A stretch of 63,647 nucleotides of DNA, the filler included, from Octopus bimaculoides (lineage: Eukaryota): assembly GCF_001194135.2 (NCBI RefSeq). It is 6 parts of 6 records of this genome, joined end to end, with 100 filler letters (N's around TTAATTAATTAA, not from the genome) between each part and the next. Parts side by side here need not be neighbours in the genome. Positions count along the whole stretch, not along the records: positions 53,360 to 63,647 come from NC_069008.1; 5 more parts are not named here. One strand, written 5' to 3'. A model generated the notes under the pieces. That model saw only the letters and a list, made by a program, of their open reading frames with translations. It did no database searches and was not told the DNA's origin. The position numbers were made by a program, and so were the translations under genes. Shown here in pieces: positions 57,221-63,647 of this stretch (the first letter of the stretch is position 1; the number at the start of each line of letters is the position of its first letter).

Positions 57221-57539
57221 GACCTCTGTTAAGCACTTCAGTAGCGGTGATCACTGGGCTAACACAGGCTACAACCAGTAGGTGGTGTTTGTTTAATAAT
57301 TCGCTTATTGCTTTCGGCAGGGTGTGGCTACTGTGAGAAGATGATGATGATGTTTGTATTGTCGATCAGTGGGCAAGCTGCCATCTCTGTGGCCGGATGG
57401 TGAAAGCAGCATCCTTGGAGGGGAAGGGGGCTTGACGAAGGGTGTTGCCCTGCTAACAGGAAGGATGGAAGGGGGGCAGGGAAGATGGAGATGAGGGCAC
57501 TGCACCGGACCTGTGTAAATGGGGGGAGACCAAGGTGGT

Positions 57540-57800
57540 AGTTCAGTCTGCTAGAAATAGCAAGCGCTTCCCTCAAAATATACTTCTTACTCGCGAAGGA
57601 TGCTGACAGCCCCATGAAGAATTGCTCACATCACAGGATAGATGGAACATGTGGAAGTGGAAGATCCCAGAAGACATGGGATGAAGTACTGAAGAACAAT
57701 CTCAAGACGGTGAACCTTTCAGGTGAGATGACATGGGACCAAGATGACTGGCGCCTTGCTGTACTTAAGAAGGCCTGTACTTCACATCAGAAGTGCTAAA
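57540..57800 (+). mobile_element. RTE-like LINE 3' end
   Basis: GTCGSGRSQKTWDEVLKNNLKTVNLSGEMTWDQDDWRLAVLKK. Confidence 0.75.
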
Positions 57801-58617
57801 TAAGCAAAATAAGATATATGTGCGTCTAAGTGTGTGTGTATATAAACATATATATATATATATATATATATACCGGAGTAAGCACATGAAATGTGCAACA
57901 AGGTGGAAAAAAGAGTACTCAAATACAAGAGGTAGAGTAATATGCTTTATTTAAAAGCAGCAGAAATATAACAAAAAAACCGTTAACGGTTTTTTTGTTA
58001 TATTTTTGCTGCTTTTAAATAAAGTATANNNNNNNNNNNNNNNNNNNNNNNNNNNNNNNNNNNNNNNNNNNNNNNNNNNNNNNNNNNNNNNNNNNNNNNN
58101 NNNNNNNNNNNNNNNNNNNNNNNNNNNNNNNNNNNNNNNNNNNNNNNNNNNNNNNNNNNNNNNNNNNNNNNNNNNNNNNNNNNNNNNNNNNNNNNNNNNN
58201 NNNNNNNNNNNNNNNNNNNNNNNNNNNNNNNNNNNNNNNNNNNNNNNTATTGAATATATGGAATATTTCTTATTGAATAGATGAAATATTGAGTGTTGAT
58301 GAAATACCACAAGGTATAGAAAATACGTATTCGCCTTTATATATTTAATCCTTTATATTGAACACTCAATATTTCATCTATTCAATAAGAAATATTCCAT
58401 ATATTCAATAAGACATTCAATACTTTATTTCATAGTACCATCCATTTTTATTTTATATTATATATTGTATATTATATATATTCCATATCCCACATTGGTT
58501 TTGCAGGTATATAAATAAAACATGAAAAACAGACAGTGTTGGAACTCTTTTAAACAAAATAATATATTCCTCTATACACAATCATACAAAACCCCTTTTT
58601 TTGTATTTATTTTTACT

Positions 58618-58649
<32 letters not shown>

Positions 58650-60016
58650 CGACGGGCTTCTTTCAGTTTCCGTCTACCAAATCCACTCACAAGGCTTTGT
58701 TCGGCCCGAGGCTATAGTAGAAGATACTTGCCCAAGGTGCCACGCTGTGGGACTGAACCCGGAACCATGTGGTTGGTAAGCAAGTTACTTACCACACAGC
58801 CACTCCTGCGCCTGTGAAATTGTCATTGCATGTGTGTGTATGTGTGCACTCTTTTTTGTACAGGTGTCTGTGCGTTTGTGTGCACGTGTATATGCATGTG
58901 TGTGTATGTGTGTGTGCCTGTGTGTTTGTGTGCATATGTACATGTGTGAATGTGTCGTTGCCTGCATGTGTGTGTGTGTCTAAGTACGTGTCCGTGTGTG
59001 AATGAGTGTGTGTGTGTGTGTGTGTGTGTGCATGTATCTATGTATGAGTGTGCATTTGAGTGCATGTATGTATAAGTGCTGGTGTGTGTGTGTATGTGTG
59101 CATGCATGACTGTGTTTGAGTGCATGTGTGTGTGTTTGTGTGTACCCAGGTGTTCAAACATCCTGCTAAGGCTGTTAATGGTTTTCCATCTTGTTTCCAT
59201 CGCCACCCTTACCACCACCCCAACCACCAACACCACCACCACCTTCTAATAACCTTCAGCTTCTGTACCCTCCCATTCCGCCCCTCTCCTCACTGCTTTA
59301 CACTTCTTCAATTTTACGCAGATGCCAAAGAGAGAGACAGAGTGAGAGATAGAGAGAGAGGAACAGAGACACAAAAACAGACCAAGGAGGAAAGATGGAG
59401 AGACAAAGAGGGAGAGGGTCAGAGAGAAAGAGAGAGAGAGAGAGGGAGAAAGGAGAGAGAGATGGAAACTGAAAGAAGCTTGTCATATATATGCGTGTGT
59501 GTGTGTGTATTTGTTACGCCCCACCATCACTTGACAACCGATGCTGGTGTGTTTACGTCCCCATAACTTAGCAGTTCGGCAAGAGACCGATAGACTAAGT
59601 ACTAGCCTTACAAAGAATAAGACCTGCAGTCGATTTGTTTGACTAAAGGCAGTGCTCCAGCATGGCCACAGTCAAACGGCTGAAACAAGTAAAAAAAATA
59701 AAAAGACCCTGCAATGGATCATTGGCATGTGATGTTTTACAGACATTGTTGCACCATGGTGGACTTGTGCACCAGACACAGTCCGCATGTACAAAATACT
59801 ACCTTGGGCAAGACACTTCACTGCAACCACTGGTGATCCTCCAGGAAAGGAACTGAGGAGTTTGGGGGAAAAGTAGGGAGCTGTGCCTTAATCACCTCAG
59901 CACCAAGATCCCTTCTAACCAGAGGCGATGGAATGGTTATAGTCCAGGGGGCAAAACATTAAACATCATTTGTGGGGACATTCTAGGCAACATTAATTAA
60001 AAGTATTACATATTAC

Positions 60017-60057
<41 letters not shown>

Positions 60058-60107
60058 TACATACATACACAAACACACACATCAAACAAACACACATCAA
60101 ACACCCT

Positions 60108-60530
60108 AGAGCCCCGTGCAGTACTACACACATATTTGGGACAGAGCTGCTGCTACACACACACACACCAGACTCCATTGCAGTACTATTCACATATCTG
60201 GGACAGTGGTACTGTTACACACAAACACACACACACACACACACAATCACACACATACACACACTCACACACACACCTGAGACCCCATTACAGTACAGCT
60301 CACACATCTGGGACAGGGTTACTGTTACGCACAAACACATACGCACCCACCAACCTACACAAACACAGGCACACACACACATGCACCCTAGACCCTATTA
60401 CAATACTATTCACATATCTGGGACAGGGTGGCTGTCAAACACCCACATACAAACACAAACACACACAGCTAGACCCCATTACAGTACTACACCCGTATTT
60501 GGGACAGTCCTACTTTTACACACACACACA
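60108..60530. repeat. Minisatellite of ~60-65 bp units with variable (CA)n
   Basis: AGACCCCATTACAGTACT..ACATATCTGGGACAG recurs about seven times. Confidence 0.8.
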
Positions 60531-60865
60531 TCTTGTAACATAATTCTGCTGTATAGGTTGACCATTAAGATTTGTATTATCAATATACTGGTCTGTATTT
60601 AATGTCTACCCAGGGTAGACATCCACACGGGAATTTCAAACAGACCCAAAACCTATCTGAACAGTGAATAATAAACTTAAAAAAAGACGCTTTCCTTGTT
60701 ATTCAAGTTTCTTGTCCCCCACCCATCCTCTTCTACATTATTATCCATGTTATGGCAAGGAGGAAAAACATTCCATTTAAAAACTAAACCATTTAGAAAT
60801 AATAGCTATTTCGTTTTGGGATTGGGTTTGCAAGATTCGTTATGTGAGTTCGTGTGTTGAAGCGT

Positions 60866-61125
60866 ATTCTGTTGCGTCTGTGGAGAGTCATTTTCTTTTG
60901 GTGTTTTATAATTTAACACACTCACTTCTAGAATTTCCACTCCTTTATTTATTTTTCTAAAATTTTCATTGCGTCTTGCAACCTTTTCAATAGCTGTTGA
61001 CTACTAAGAAGGTTGCAAAATGCAACGAAAATGTTAGAAAAAATAAAGAAGGAAACTTAATCGGTGTGTGTGTGTTAAATTATAAGGCACTAAAGGAGAA
61101 TGACTCTCCCAAGACACAACAAAAT
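60866..61125. mobile_element. Imperfect foldback (palindromic) MITE-like element
   Basis: GAGAGTCATT..TTATAATTTAACACAC is mirrored by GTGTGTTAAATTATAA..AATGACTCTC, and the inner arms CCTTTATT..TTGCAACCTT are also mirrored. Confidence 0.65.
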
Positions 61126-61898
61126 AATAGCTAAATCTCACCCAAATTACATTCTACACACACACACATGTATTGACCTATATATGTATGCATATATGTG
61201 TGTAAGCGTGCATGTAGGAACTAATGAGAGAAATGTCTACATGGTGGCTGGCGCTAGTAGAAATAACAGGCAAATCTCCCTCAAATCACACCGTACTGTC
61301 TTACGTATATATAAGTGTATGGAGCCAATGAGGAAGACCTCTGCAAGGTAGTTAGGCCTGGTAGAAATTGCAGTCAAATGTTCCGCAAATCAGACCCTGC
61401 TGTCTTATATGTGTACTGTTGCTGTCTATGGACCCCCTGTCTTGTCCTAGCGGACCCCCTGTCTTGTCCTAGCGGACCCCCAGTGGTTCGCGGATCACAG
61501 TTTGAAAACCCCTGGACTAGTTGATTACATTGACCCCGAAAGGATGAAAGGCAAAGTTAACCTTGGTGGAATTTGAACTCAGAACATAACGACAGGCGAA
61601 ATAACGCCAAGCATTTTATCCACGGTGCTAATGATTCTGCCAGCTCACAACTTGAACAATGGCATACATACATATTTATATATGTTTGTGTATGAGGCAA
61701 TGAGGGAAACCCCTGTATAGTAAGTAGGTGTTAGAAATAGCAGCCAAATCTCCCTCAAATCACATTCTGCTGCCTTCTGTATCCATACTACAGCTATTCA
61801 TCTCTATCTACAAATACACCACACCACACCCCACCAATACTAGTTGAACAGATCATCAATAACCACCACCACCACCACCACCAGTCACTGAATCACAG

Positions 61899-61936
<38 letters not shown>

Positions 61937-62362
61937 CCACCATACCCCGTCATTCGTAACCCTAGCTCTCTGTTGCAGACAGGCTGCAACAGTGCAGAAG
62001 TGCATCGGAGCAGAGGAGTTATGCACTGCTGATGTCAGCAGAGAGAGATTGACAACGCATCACTGGAAAAACGTGTTCAGAGAGGGAAAGAAAAAAAAAC
62101 GAAAAGAAAGAAGAGAAAGAAAGAAAGAAGAGAAAGAGAGAGGGGTTTGTGGAGAGAGGGTGGATGTGTAGGTTGAAGGAGGAAAGGTGCCTGGAGACAG
62201 GGAGGGGGGAGGTGAGTGGGGAGGAGGACGTTGGGTTGGTTTTACTGACAGCCATGTTTACATACACACGCACACACACACAGAGGTCCATACATGGACA
62301 AGATAAACATTTCATTTAAATAATATATAGGAAAGATACATGTACAGTACATACACACATAC

Positions 62363-62400
<38 letters not shown>

Positions 62401-62410
62401 NNNNNNNNNN

Positions 62411-62448
<38 letters not shown>

Positions 62449-62611
62449 TATATATATGCAAATAAATATATATAATATAATATATATACATATACGCACA
62501 CACATACATATATATATATACAAATAAATTATATATATGTATACACACACAAACATACACACACACACATATATATATGTATATATATATATATATATAT
62601 ANNNNNNNNNN

Positions 62612-62654
<43 letters not shown>

Positions 62655-62948
62655 AACAAATTATGGAGCATATATATATATATGTATATATAATAAGAAT
62701 CTTGCACACGTGTGTGTGTGTGTGTGTGTGTGTGTTATGAGAAGTGATAAAACCCAGAGAAAGTAAACAGATTAGATACCTCAGGAACTGTGGGTATTTG
62801 TACACACACCCACACGCACACGCATGTGTACACACTCATACATTGTTTGCTAACAAATTGCCCATGGTTCCTTCAACTAGTGATATCATCAAATTGATGA
62901 TATCACAACTGAAACACTGACACCAATTTGTAAAGAATCTACAAGCAT

Positions 62949-63021
<73 letters not shown>

Positions 63022-63107
63022 CTTTCAATATTAACAGCGAATGTTTACTTCGAAGTTTTATCATTAAAGCTAGCTTCTCCAAACAAATTATATCAGTTTT
63101 GTGAAGC

Positions 63108-63184
<77 letters not shown>

Positions 63185-63357
63185 CATACATACACATATA
63201 CGCACACAGACACAGACACACACGAACATACACACATATCACACACATACTGAGATATATATATAAATATATCTTCATATATATTCATATACACATGTGC
63301 ACACACATTATATATATATATTTACATGCAAACACATATTTACATACATACATACAG

Positions 63358-63416
<59 letters not shown>

Positions 63417-63480
63417 TTTTATGTATGTGTATAAATACAAACACATACATACACACAAGCATAAAGCATACATATATATA

Positions 63481-63608
63481 CAGGGTGTCCACAAAGTCTG
63501 GATACATGGGGATTAACACATACTTTAAGAAATTTTTATTTCTTTTATTTAATTGTTTATGTTATGATTTTTATTTACTCCACGTACCCAGACTTTGTGG
63601 ACACCCTG
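63481..63608. mobile_element. Tc1/mariner MITE
   Basis: ~29 bp TIRs CAGGGTGTCCACAAAGTCTGG with TA on both sides. Confidence 0.9.
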
Positions 63609-63614
63609 TATATA

Positions 63615-63647
<33 letters not shown>

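Noticed and set aside
47930-60530. Regularly spaced repeats as CRISPR-like arrays
   Set aside because: The intervening sequences are microsatellites or copies of each other, not unique spacers, and the context is eukaryotic with no cas genes.
62880-62906. GTGATATCATC-AAATT-GATGATATCAC hairpin as a pre-miRNA or ribozyme stem
   Set aside because: Only 11 bp pair well, the flanks do not extend into a regular stem, and no catalytic core is present.

Overview
AT-rich, microsatellite- and transposon-saturated eukaryotic draft sequence with many N gaps and five TTAATTAATTAA contig linkers. The SINE repertoire suggests a coleoid cephalopod, probably Octopus (inference). Almost every ORF in the supplied track is microsatellite or gap noise. 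Real coding content is on the minus strand and was found by reading splice sites. (1) Two clean internal exons of a MAIP1/C2orf47-like gene lie at 33389-33460 and 28555-28684, with a weak third candidate. (2) A small secreted-protein gene has a signal-peptide exon and two phase-compatible exons (24053 to 20171), and a matching terminal-type exon sits upstream at 25190-25515. This implies a tandem array with a DUF4773-like pattern. The most striking non-coding signal is a set of type I hammerhead ribozyme motifs from at least three unrelated short repeat families. These are an inverted pair with intact cores (18452-19117), a tRNA-headed SINE-like element carrying a hammerhead arranged head-to-head inside the MAIP1 intron (30951-31429), and a ~190 bp (TA)n-embedded element with an A6U core variant (two copies). 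Decayed relics and Penelope-like RT fragments, the likely mobilising partners, are also present. The rest is tRNA-derived SINEs, R4/Dong-like, RTE- and CR1-like LINE pieces, DNA-transposon MITEs and minisatellites. Family names come from recalled motifs, not database searches.
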